Positions 9,845-19,514 of a DNA stretch of 64,000 bases are shown here, piece after piece. The position numbers and the translations under genes were made by a program. How positions within the stretch are numbered: the stretch's first letter is position 1; each line of letters begins with the position of its first letter. The notes beneath the pieces are model-generated. The model was not told the DNA's origin. It ran no database searches and was given only the letters and a program-made list of their open reading frames with translations. Origin of the DNA: Salisapilia sapeloensis CBS 127946 (lineage: Eukaryota > Protista > Oomycota); NCBI GenBank assembly GCA_023334545.1, contig JAADVB010000077.1:7258-71257 (forward strand), read 5' to 3'.

Positions 9845-10975
9845 TTAGAAGCACTTGCGGTGCACAATCGACGGGCCAGACTCGTCGTATTCGGCCTTGG
9901 AGATCCACATCTGCTGGAACGTCGAGAGCGACGACAGGATGGAACCACCGATCCAGACAGAGTACTTACGCTCAGGCGGCGCAACGACCTTGATCTTCAT
10001 CGTAGACGGAGCAAGGGCCGTAAGCTCCTTGGTCATACGCTCACCGATGCCCGGGTACATGGTGGTACCACCCGAAAGCACAATGTTGCAGTACAAGTCC
10101 TTACGGATATCGACATCACACTTCATGATCGTCTGGAACGTGCAGTCGTGGATGCCCGAAGCTTCCTTACCGATCAACTGCGGCTGGAAGAGGACCTCCG
10201 GGGTACGGAAGCGCTCGTTACCGATAACGATGACGTTACCGTCCGGAAGCTCGTAGCTCTTCTCAAGGCCAGAGGACTCGGCGGCAGTCTTCATCTCCTG
10301 GTCGTAGTCAAGGGCGACGTACGTCAGCTTCTCCTTGATGTCACGAACAATTTCTCGTTCGGCCGTGGTCGTGAACGAGTAACCACGTTCGGTCAAGATC
10401 TTCATCATGTAGTCCGTGAGGTCACGGCCAGCAAGATCAAGACGCACGATGGCGTGCGGAAGAGCGTAACCCTCGTAAATCGGCACGGTGTGGGAGACAC
10501 CGTCACCAGAGTCAAGGACACAGCCCGTCGTACGGCCAGAGGCGTACAGGGAGAGGACGGCCTGGATGTTGACGTACATGGCCGGGACGTTGAACGTCTC
10601 GAACATGATCTGCGTCATACGTTCACGGTTGGCCTTAGGGTTAAGCGGGGCCTCAGTCAAAAGGACCGGGTGCTCTTCCGGGGCCACACGGAGTTCGTTG
10701 TAGAAGGTGTGGTGCCAGATCTTTTCCATGTCGTCCCAGTTGGTAACGATACCGTGCTCAATGGGGTACTTGAGCGTCAGCACACCACGCTTGGACTGGG
10801 CCTCGTCACCGACGTAGGCATCCTTCTGGTCCATACCAACCATGATACCAAGGTGCTTCGGGCGACCGACAATGGACGGGAAGACGGCGCGCGGGGCGTC
10901 ATCACCAGCGAAACCGGCCTTGCACATACCGGATCCGTTGTCCACAACGAGAGCTTGAACGTCTTCGTCAGCCAT
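9845..10975 (-). CDS. ACT: Actin (oomycete-type), intronless
   Basis: 376 aa, [33 protein letters not shown]...IVHRKCF; strong codon bias. Confidence 0.99.
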
Positions 10976-11022
10976 AGTTTCGTATAAAAGGTTTCTGCGG
11001 TGAGTCTTGCTCGGGGCGCGTC

Positions 11023-11038
11023 AAAAGGGAGAATGAGC
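11023..11038 (-). promoter_or_regulatory. INR-FPR-like core promoter of actin
   Basis: Minus strand GCTCATTCTCCCTTTT, ~50 nt upstream of the ATG, resembling the oomycete YCATTYY-N-CAWTTT element. Confidence 0.6.
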
Positions 11039-13369
11039 CGAATCCAAGATTTGGCAAAATCTTACGTAAGGACGACCTCCCTTCTCATACCCAATCCAAG
11101 TGTTTCCTAACGTCGCCCAGATCGCGTCGACCGTACGTTTCTTTTTTTCATACAATGACACGCGGGATGTTTAGAGAGCTCGAGCAAGTGGGTGAAGTTT
11201 GAGGCTGAAGCTAGGTACGAAACGAGGAAGAGGTAGATATGATGGATTGGTGGAAGTATTGGGCATGGAAGCTTTTTAAAAGAGCTGATAGACGGACCAG
11301 CTTTTGCAACGTACGACACGAAAAGCGTTGCTTACCATCAGAGACAGCGTGTCTTGGAGTTTGTATGGGAATCTTTGAGCGTCGTCCACGTCACGGCGTT
11401 AAATGCATGTCTCTCTGGCGAAGGAAACTCTCTCGAGCGATTGAGAGGAATTTCGCAATAGTACGCTTCTTCTGACACGCGCTTTGATACTTTGACGCAC
11501 GCAGAGATGTCACACGAGGTCAAGTATCTTCTACCGAAAGGCTCATACGAGAAACGAGCCTCCGGACGAACGTCGTGTAGACTCGTCGACTAGGCGATCA
11601 CTTGCTAGTGAGCGCCATAGCTCTTCCCAGTGAGACATATTACATGACTATCCCGACTATCAGTATTACTCGTGGCATTAAAAGATCAGATCGGATCATG
11701 GCAGTGGTATACGCATGGGTGGAGCAATCGCCGTGGTGACAGCGTGACTCCCATCTGCCGTCTACCGTGCCAAATTATTTTCTTTTGCAGTCATATCTGA
11801 TACTCACTTCAATACAACTTCAAAGCTCGGAACTTGTGTTTTTAAACGAAAAGCTCGTTCATGCCAGGTGGATCACCTCGATTTGGATCAGGTCGATATC
11901 CACCAGCAGCGGGCGGATCATCAGTAGATTCTAAAGAGATAAATGTAAATACACTTCTTCGCAAATGCAACCACTACCTTGTAGAATTTTGCTGCGGTAT
12001 TTCGTTGTAAACTGGAAAGCTCAATTGTCTTGTGCACCACTTGTATCGGTCTCTTGAGATAAGTGTTGAAGAAGGATTACATCCGTGTTAGCCTGAATAC
12101 CAAAAACACTCAAGGAAGCGTCGTGCTTGCAACCGCGACAATCGAATTGAGTAGCGGCGAGATACTTGCAAAAGTAATGATGGCGGACAGAGTAGGATAG
12201 AGAGGTGGAAGTGACAGTGACTGTGCCTGATGGATAATGCTAGCGACAGCACTTGCCTTTACGGATTCAGTATAAGCTGTGGATGACGACGATGCGATAT
12301 ACTCTTCCTTGCAAACAGAGGTCTCACCAAGTTGCGTGTCAATCTTTACGCTACCAAGAGTCAAAATAAAGAAGCTTGGGCTACGAGTTTGAAGGTACAA
12401 CGTATCGTCTGATGTGGAATTGTACAAGGTCCTATCTTGGTCATGCAAAGGGACAATCGTCGACAATATCATCGTAGCTGTCGATGTCAAGCCAGATGAA
12501 GATTTCCGACAGCGAGCTACCAACGGTTCTTCCTGCTTGAATCCCATTGATCTGTCGGATGGGCATTTGCAATTTCCCCGACGTACGATTTCCGGCACAA
12601 CTGCACTACAATGGCACCCTCGAAAGATCAGCACTCGAATGTGTGCCTCCTTTTAAGCCGTTACGTGCCTATCACATGACTGTCTGCGCCGAAGCGTAGT
12701 CTACACGTCGAGTCCATCCGCATCCTTTTTCGTCGGCAAAGAACTGGTAGATTACAAGTAATCCTGGTAGTCTTTTTGCCACAATTTAGTGTTCAACTCG
12801 GTAACAATCAGATAGTTCCTACCGTAATGGTTCTGTCCTCATTGTAGATAGTTTTGCTGAACTGCTTTGCCTACGTAAAGTTGAGATTCGAAGCCATCGT
12901 ACTGAAAAGACATATCGGAGACGATTCGAGCTACCACGCTTTGCTCGCGAACTAATTTTTGTCGATTGCACTACCTTGGACGGCAGGCAATGGACTAAGT
13001 ACTCATGACAAGGAGGCGGCGTTTGTTACTTACACAGATGCCAAGACTTAGATTGGTCCAGTCCATCGACCACGCGGGGCTTATGTCATTGTTCGACCGG
13101 TCGTAAGTCTCGACAAGATTGAATGAGCCCAAGTAATGTATATGGTTGTTCATCGTCACGAGCGCTTTGGATCCCAGCTGGATGAAGAGATTTAGCAACC
13201 GGTCTAGTGCATTGACGAGCGGCATTAAATCTGGGTCCCAGCGTGTGGTCGAGCGGTGACGCCACTTTTCACCCTCCTTCCACTATTGTTTTTTCTCCGT
13301 GACTTTCTGTCGCGCCTTCGTTTGCCTCGTTTTAGTTTCGTCCATTAGTCTCTTTTCCCTTCATCCAAC

Positions 13370-14833
13370 ATGGCACCGTTGTTTCCACTACCAAAAGGGT
13401 ACTTTGGCGATGTCGAGATCACACCGGAGTATGCGAGCCAGCTACGGCGGTCACGCGATATGGAAGTCGCGTCCTGTCTTCGGGACGAACAAGCTTTCGT
13501 CCACCAACGGAAATGCAAAGTCGATGAAGGCAAGTGGAAGTCCGTGATGCAAAAGCAGAACATGTATGTCTACCAGCGCAAAGGTTTCGCCGCCAACTCA
13601 ATGGAGCTAGGCCACCCGACCTTCTTTGCCCATGGCCGGGTAGAAGGCACGGTGGAAGACCTGATATACGGATCCTACGACTCGACGCACGAGCAGACAC
13701 AAATCACCAACACCTTTCTGGACATGAGTACCAAGGACTGCACGGTCCTCGCCAACGTCGAGATGGACGAAGTGGAGGATGACCCGTTCCACTACCTTGG
13801 TGTCAAGTGGCTCGTGACCAAGTTTCCAGGTCTCGTCGTCGCCATGCGTGACTGGTGTTTCATCGAGGCAAGCGGCATCCGGTACGATGATCAAGGCCGG
13901 AGGTATGGTTTCTTCTACGTCCTGTCGGTGGAGCACCCTAGCTGTCCTCCATTCGAAAGCAAGAAGGTGATCCGTGGACGAGTAAATTATGGCTTTATCT
14001 ATCGCGATGCTGGAAACGGCATTTGCGATGTCTACGCTCAAGGCACGGTCGATCCTGCTGGCTCCATGTTCTCTCAACTCATCGTCATCGCGACGGCAGA
14101 AATGCTGACCGGTATGTTCCGCTCCGTGGCCTGTGCCGAAGCGAAGAAGCTGACCATCTTGGCGTTGTCGAATCGTGACACCCAGTCCCACCGTGCTTCC
14201 TCGTCGAAATGTAATCTCTGTGATAGTAAGGATGGTATGCGAAAGCGCTTGAAGCCGTGTCGTGTATGCAAGCAGCCCGTGTGTCAAAACTGTCGCGTGA
14301 AGAAAAGCTTGTTTGTCGGTCGACACAATGCTGTCGAGCGATGCTACTGCTGTCAGAACTGCATCATCCAAGTGAAGAAAATGAATGTCCGGCCAGCACA
14401 GCCCGAGTTTTCGATCCTCGGCGCCAAAGTACTAAGCGATCAAGAGAAGTCACGAAGCATGCTGTTTAAAGACAGTGCTAGTTCGTCTCGTGAGAATTCG
14501 ATGATGTACCTTTCACAGGACGACAGCGTCTCGTCCAGTAGCTCGTACACAGAGCCAAGTAACCGATACGAGTCCACGGTGGACTCGGACGCAGAGATGG
14601 AATCTGCACTCGCTGCTTACGTCCAGAAGAAGGGCAAGGTTGTGGAAGTAGAAGAGAATCCTAATGCGGTGGAAGTGTACGGTGTACCTCCGAGTCCGCA
14701 AGTCAGTGGAAACCCAGCCGACAAATACATCTTGTATCGACAAATGCTTGCTTTGCAAAGTAAGGTGCAAGATGCGTACGATACGACGAAAGCGAATGAG
14801 CGAGCGATGCACCACCCGACAGACCTGGACTAA
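13370..14833 (+). CDS. START-like plus FYVE-type Zn-finger protein (oomycete-expanded family)
   Basis: N-terminal MAPLFPLPKGYF and START-like core (GRVEGTVEDLIYG, RDWCFIEASG, RGRVNYGFIY). Eight-Cys finger CNLC...CRVC...CQNC...CQNC, then a C-terminal LYRQMLALQ helix. Confidence 0.85.
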   Translation: MAPLFPLPKGYFGDVEITPEYASQLRRSRDMEVASCLRDEQAFVHQRKCKVDEGKWKSVMQKQNMYVYQRKGFAANSMELGHPTFFAHGRVEGTVEDLIYGSYDSTHEQTQITNTFLDMSTKDCTVLANVEMDEVEDDPFHYLGVKWLVTKFPGLVVAMRDWCFIEASGIRYDDQGRRYGFFYVLSVEHPSCPPFESKKVIRGRVNYGFIYRDAGNGICDVYAQGTVDPAGSMFSQLIVIATAEMLTGMFRSVACAEAKKLTILALSNRDTQSHRASSSKCNLCDSKDGMRKRLKPCRVCKQPVCQNCRVKKSLFVGRHNAVERCYCCQNCIIQVKKMNVRPAQPEFSILGAKVLSDQEKSRSMLFKDSASSSRENSMMYLSQDDSVSSSSSYTEPSNRYESTVDSDAEMESALAAYVQKKGKVVEVEENPNAVEVYGVPPSPQVSGNPADKYILYRQMLALQSKVQDAYDTTKANERAMHHPTDLD

Positions 14834-14971
14834 GACGAAACAGTGAATGGACACTTGGATTTGATTTGATTGGATTTGATTTAAAAGCAAGAAAATGTGA
14901 TTTTCGTCCAGACGTGCGATCGATGAACATGGCAAGTGGTTTGAATTTGTATTTTCATTAGAAGCATTGGC

Positions 14972-16339
14972 TTACATGGCCATACGAGTGGCGAATAGCA
15001 TGAAAATCGTCATAAAGATCGAAGAAGAGATCGACGTCGCGACGTCCGAATCGTCATCGGAGGAGCTTGTATCTAAGATAATCAGTTGCTGCGACTGCGA
15101 CTTGTCTTCAGCTTCCTTGGCAGTATCCTCTGCGGACCCTTCAATGACGCCAGAAGCTGTCATGTCTACCATGTGTGGCGTAGACTGCCACTTGACCGGT
15201 TTTGCTGGACGACTGAAGGTACAATCATCTGTGGAGTCGACGCCCAAGTGGACACAGGCATCGCCGAACACTTCACCAAACGACTCTGCCACTTCATCGT
15301 CAAAGAAGTACTTGAATAACGAACCAAGCTTAGAGCTTTCCATGCACGTATCCTTTTTAAAAAGCTTGCGGACATCCGGGTTTTCCCCGCGACGTACGAA
15401 TGGAATACTCGCCGCATATTGTGCTAGTTTCTCGAGCGAGACGACGCATCCAGATAGAGTTGAATCGGTCGAATCGATCTGCTCATCCTGGGTATTGACA
15501 TAGGTCTCGCCTTCAGCAGCCAGACACATCTGATCGTCTGGTATTTGCAGCATTTGCAAGATCGAGCCAGCGAATGACTTGAAATCGTCACCGCCTTGGA
15601 GCATCGCTTGGACGATCGAGTAGCCACAACGCACGTCGCCTTGATCTGTGCTCTGCGTCGGACAAACGACATCGCCCATCATCTGCACCATGCTTGCAAT
15701 TTGGCCTGAAATTGAATACCCAAAGTCATTTTGGGCGGAATTGAGCCACCCTGCACAGCATCCGTCGGAGTGTTTCGCTCGTACGACAGCAAGGGAAGGC
15801 AGCATCTGAGAGCTGAGGCACGGGACGACTTCTGGTACCATCAGATTGCAGAATTGGTCGACTTCATCATTGCTGGTATTGGCCAACACTTTGAGCGTGT
15901 TCATGACACCATCGACACCACTTGGGGCGTTTTCGTCGAGGTAGGCTTTCGTAAGAAGGTCATATATGGTGCTCACGAAGGGCACCTCGGAGATATTGTA
16001 AATGGAACTGCAAAGCTCCGTGTCTAGACCTCGTTGTAATGTTTCTGCTAGAACGGTACCATTCATGTGAGCGATACAAGTACCAGCTTCTTCATTAAAG
16101 ACTAGTCTTCCTGGTATCGAGTCCGTGAATACAGCCAAGATAGTCGCGACGTTATCTTTCCCAAATGCCTCGGTCATTGGTGGTACCACAGGCGCTTTCG
16201 GGTCCGACAAGCTGGAGGTACAATGGCCTGGATTTACCGAGCTGCTGTCTTCGAAATCGTACAGACCACGAGCCTCCGGCAAGGCTGCGAACGGCGAGAG
16301 GACAGCGACACACGCTAGTAGAACACTTTTCATGTACAT
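14972..16339 (-). CDS. Secreted Cys-rich protein with probable GPI-anchor signal
   Basis: Signal peptide MKSVLLACVAVLSPFAALPEARG, many spaced Cys (e.g. GCCAGW, VCP, RCGYS), a Ser/Asp-rich spacer and a hydrophobic C-terminus (SIFMTIFMLFATRMAM). Confidence 0.8.
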   Translation of the reverse strand: MYMKSVLLACVAVLSPFAALPEARGLYDFEDSSSVNPGHCTSSLSDPKAPVVPPMTEAFGKDNVATILAVFTDSIPGRLVFNEEAGTCIAHMNGTVLAETLQRGLDTELCSSIYNISEVPFVSTIYDLLTKAYLDENAPSGVDGVMNTLKVLANTSNDEVDQFCNLMVPEVVPCLSSQMLPSLAVVRAKHSDGCCAGWLNSAQNDFGYSISGQIASMVQMMGDVVCPTQSTDQGDVRCGYSIVQAMLQGGDDFKSFAGSILQMLQIPDDQMCLAAEGETYVNTQDEQIDSTDSTLSGCVVSLEKLAQYAASIPFVRRGENPDVRKLFKKDTCMESSKLGSLFKYFFDDEVAESFGEVFGDACVHLGVDSTDDCTFSRPAKPVKWQSTPHMVDMTASGVIEGSAEDTAKEAEDKSQSQQLIILDTSSSDDDSDVATSISSSIFMTIFMLFATRMAM

Positions 16340-16683
16340 TTGAGCTTATGCTTGACCACTTCTGAATGACTAAGGTACTAAAGAGTGGAGACGGAGGACT
16401 ACGTCAAGTCAGGCCTTTGTTTCGACAAGTCACTCGAGCGTAATGGTTTTTTCGCAGGCCACTGACTTTCCCGTCCAACCTGTATACAAGGAGATGTGTT
16501 ACCTGGACAGCAGGTAGCCACCATACGTGGCCGGACTCTACCATTCGATCAGAAACTTCGACAATGCAGATGGATTCTGCAATGCTACGACAAGAGTAGA
16601 CGAATCAGATGCCGAGACACATGGTGCGGAATGACATGGCAAAGTATAAAAAGAGCAGATTCATCCATGTATCGATCTCCGCG

Positions 16684-19077
16684 TTACGCTTTCTTTTCCC
16701 TGTCTATCTCTTCTGCTAACGCGACGTAGTCCACGGGCTTTCGAGCTCGTTTTGAACGGACATTGAGCACTGATGTAGCCGTATCGCTCGGACGTTTCTC
16801 CCCACTCTCCTGCTTCGCATGCTGCTGTCGTAACTTGTTCATCAACTGCGCGTCATGCTCTGCTTCTTGCTTCACAAGTTCCATATCCCACTCTTCTGTA
16901 GTGGGTGCAATTAAAGCGCGAGCATGTGCTGCTACACTACGTGCGAATGGAGATACGATCCGTCCGTGAAAATTGTACCCACCTTCCAAGACCGAGATCA
17001 ATCTTCCTTGGCAGCACGTATTCGCCACGCGACGTACATGTCCTACGAGCCATTCATAGTCCTGCTCCATTAACGACACATACCCTAAATTCACTAGCTC
17101 TTTCTTATGTGCATCAAAGCCAGCAGATAAAAAGATCAAGTCCGGATTAAAGTCGACTAGTTTCGGCAGGACTTGGTCTCGGAAGGCACTGCGCCACTTC
17201 AATCTGGATACGGCACTCCCTTCTTCACAGATGGGGAAGCCAACGTTCCAAATAAGAGGTGGGGAGTCACAGCTACTGGCGCCAGACCCTGGGTAGAACC
17301 ATACAGGCGGCTGTCCGTATGGTTGCTCCGACTGAGGTTTATGACCGTATCCATGGACAGAGGTGAAGAAGACATTGTCTGCGTCATGTTCATTCCGCCA
17401 TGGCTTGTACTGCTTCACGAATTGTTTGCCTCGACCGTACGGGGTGGCATACGACACTTCACATTCGGAAGGAAGGAGCTGACGGATGATCTCTTGCGTA
17501 CCGTTGCCATGATGCACATCAAAGTCAAGAATAGCTACTTTTTCAATCGACTGACTGCCTCGACGGTATTGACTACGAGCATATGCAGCGCCAATGGCGA
17601 CGTTGTTGAGAAGACAGAACCCACAGCTACCTTCTGGGTCGTTCTCACACGTAACTTTTCCCACCGGTCCTGCGTGGTGGCCAGGTGGACGGACGATGCA
17701 AAAGCTGGTCGTCGTCTGACCTGACAGGACGTCGTCTACGGCACGACAGACTGTTCCAGCGGCTCGTTTGGCAGATTCAAACGACTGAGCAGATAATGCT
17801 GTATCATAGTCTAAAGCGTACGTTTTGTTCTCCACGGCGAGAGATTTACATGCGCTTTGTAGCTTGTCGACGTACTCGTACTCATGGACACGTAGGATGT
17901 CGATGATATCTGCCATCGGACTATCCGAGTGCCACGAGACATGCTGTCGTTGGAATTCATTCGATCGGAGGATACCATAGATAGGATTCACTAGCGATGC
18001 GACACGTTCCAAGTTCTCGGGTGGAGGCTCCTCCCGTCCACGTTTGTAGGAAGCTAATGGGAGGTGCTGGAAACAGTCGTCATGACAGTAGATTCGCGAT
18101 TGGAAGGAGGTGTCTTTCGTATCAGCAGTGCTGTCTAGGTACTGAACGATGCTCTGGTGTCCACATCGACGAGCAATATCCAAAGCAGTGAGGCCTCTGT
18201 ACTCTACTGCCGAGGCGTCAAAACCATTCTTATCTACCAAGAGCTTTAGACCGTCTAGAAAACCACTTTGAGCAGCGATGTGACCTGCAGTCTCCTTTAA
18301 AGACGTGACAGTAATCGTACTTGCATGTAGTCTTTCTAATAATGCCTTAGCTGTGTCCAATTGATGGAATTTCATAGCTAAATGTAGTGGTCGCATGCCA
18401 ACTCGATTCCCTTTTTCCCATATTGCTGACATGGTTTCACCTTGATCTGTGATGTTGGCTTCTTCTTCTTTCATAAGATTGAGAAAGCACGACATGTCGA
18501 GACCGTACATGGCACAGAGGTGAAAGACAGAATTCCCTTCTTCATCACGTTGGCGAACCTTGTCCAGCAAATGTGTCCAAAAGTCTTCTGTGAAGTTTTG
18601 AGCTTTCGCGTCAGACAACATTTGATCTAGTAGGGATACTGCAAAGGCTGGTTGAACAGCTCCCATGCGTAGGACTAAGTGTAGTAGAGGAGTGCCCAAG
18701 TCAGCGCATTTAAGACGGAGCATAGCGGTGGTGAGTGCTTCCGAGTATTGCCACAAATAGGCTGCACAGTCGATCTGAGCGTGGAGAATAGCTACATGGA
18801 TGGGAATGCACCCCGTTTCGTCCTTTTCCAGCATACAGGATTCAGCGGTCATCCGTGCCGTCTCCACCCGACGTTGGTCGATAGACATGTCATCGTCCGG
18901 ATCAGGACGCTCCGTCGGTTTCGGAGGAAGTACTGCTTTCAGCTTATGAATGTCTCCTTTCTCAGCAATATCGTGCAAGAAGAAGAGAGAATCCTGAAGA
19001 CCTTCGTACTCGTCGTAGTCTTCATCTTCCTCCTCGCCGTCCACCTTGCGATCCATCGTGTCTGCGCTTGTGTACAT
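16684..19077 (-). CDS. Ankyrin-repeat plus class II-like histone deacetylase
   Basis: Ankyrin motifs (GCIPIHVAI, GNSVFHLCA, GMRPLHLAM, ETAGHIAA, GLTALDIA). HDAC motifs RPPGHHAG, GFCLLNNVA, DFDVHHGNGT, SAGFDAH and LEGGYN are all intact. Confidence 0.93.
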   Translation of the reverse strand: MYTSADTMDRKVDGEEEDEDYDEYEGLQDSLFFLHDIAEKGDIHKLKAVLPPKPTERPDPDDDMSIDQRRVETARMTAESCMLEKDETGCIPIHVAILHAQIDCAAYLWQYSEALTTAMLRLKCADLGTPLLHLVLRMGAVQPAFAVSLLDQMLSDAKAQNFTEDFWTHLLDKVRQRDEEGNSVFHLCAMYGLDMSCFLNLMKEEEANITDQGETMSAIWEKGNRVGMRPLHLAMKFHQLDTAKALLERLHASTITVTSLKETAGHIAAQSGFLDGLKLLVDKNGFDASAVEYRGLTALDIARRCGHQSIVQYLDSTADTKDTSFQSRIYCHDDCFQHLPLASYKRGREEPPPENLERVASLVNPIYGILRSNEFQRQHVSWHSDSPMADIIDILRVHEYEYVDKLQSACKSLAVENKTYALDYDTALSAQSFESAKRAAGTVCRAVDDVLSGQTTTSFCIVRPPGHHAGPVGKVTCENDPEGSCGFCLLNNVAIGAAYARSQYRRGSQSIEKVAILDFDVHHGNGTQEIIRQLLPSECEVSYATPYGRGKQFVKQYKPWRNEHDADNVFFTSVHGYGHKPQSEQPYGQPPVWFYPGSGASSCDSPPLIWNVGFPICEEGSAVSRLKWRSAFRDQVLPKLVDFNPDLIFLSAGFDAHKKELVNLGYVSLMEQDYEWLVGHVRRVANTCCQGRLISVLEGGYNFHGRIVSPFARSVAAHARALIAPTTEEWDMELVKQEAEHDAQLMNKLRQQHAKQESGEKRPSDTATSVLNVRSKRARKPVDYVALAEEIDREKKA

Positions 19078-19514
19078 AACGAACTATATCAAACTATATC
19101 TACATAGGTTATAGTTTTATAAACTATATTGTTGATTGGGAGTTATATTTGCGGAGTAGTCGCCTACCAGCCTCCTCTTGACTAGGCTTGAGGAATCCGT
19201 GGCATATAGAGCAGTCTGAATCTACAGGTAGAAATATAGCTTGATGCTGAGATGCTATAAAGGCAATGAGATCACATGTAAACAAGCATTTATCTGTTCA
19301 TGATGAAGTTGAATAACCAAATACCCATGGACCCAAATAGTCATTCCTACGAAGACATCTAACATCTTCATATCAACAAAATCAAGAGATTGGCAGCTTA
19401 TGTATCATGCAAATTGCTTCAATATCTTTGAATTGCTTTCGAAACCAACAATGGTAACCAGCATGCCATGCAAGCAAGAAAGGAAAAGAGAAAAATGAAA
19501 ATCTAAGAAAAGAT

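Noticed and set aside
9860-10987. 375-aa plus-strand ORF antisense to actin
   Set aside because: It is in codon register with actin. Actin's strong codon bias avoids TTA/CTA/TCA, which removes antisense stops. The product has no recognisable motif. The same applies to the shadow ORFs over GAPDH, NFS1, the GAF gene, the START-FYVE gene and the P4-ATPases.
11867-11904. ggtggatcacct...aggtcgatatccacc hairpin containing a 16S-like GGATCACCT
   Set aside because: The stem is short and there is no rRNA context, so it is consistent with chance.
11107-13225. 174-aa ORF 12110-12634 and neighbouring short ORFs
   Set aside because: No recognisable domain, non-ATG starts and stops in all frames; I could not build a gene model.
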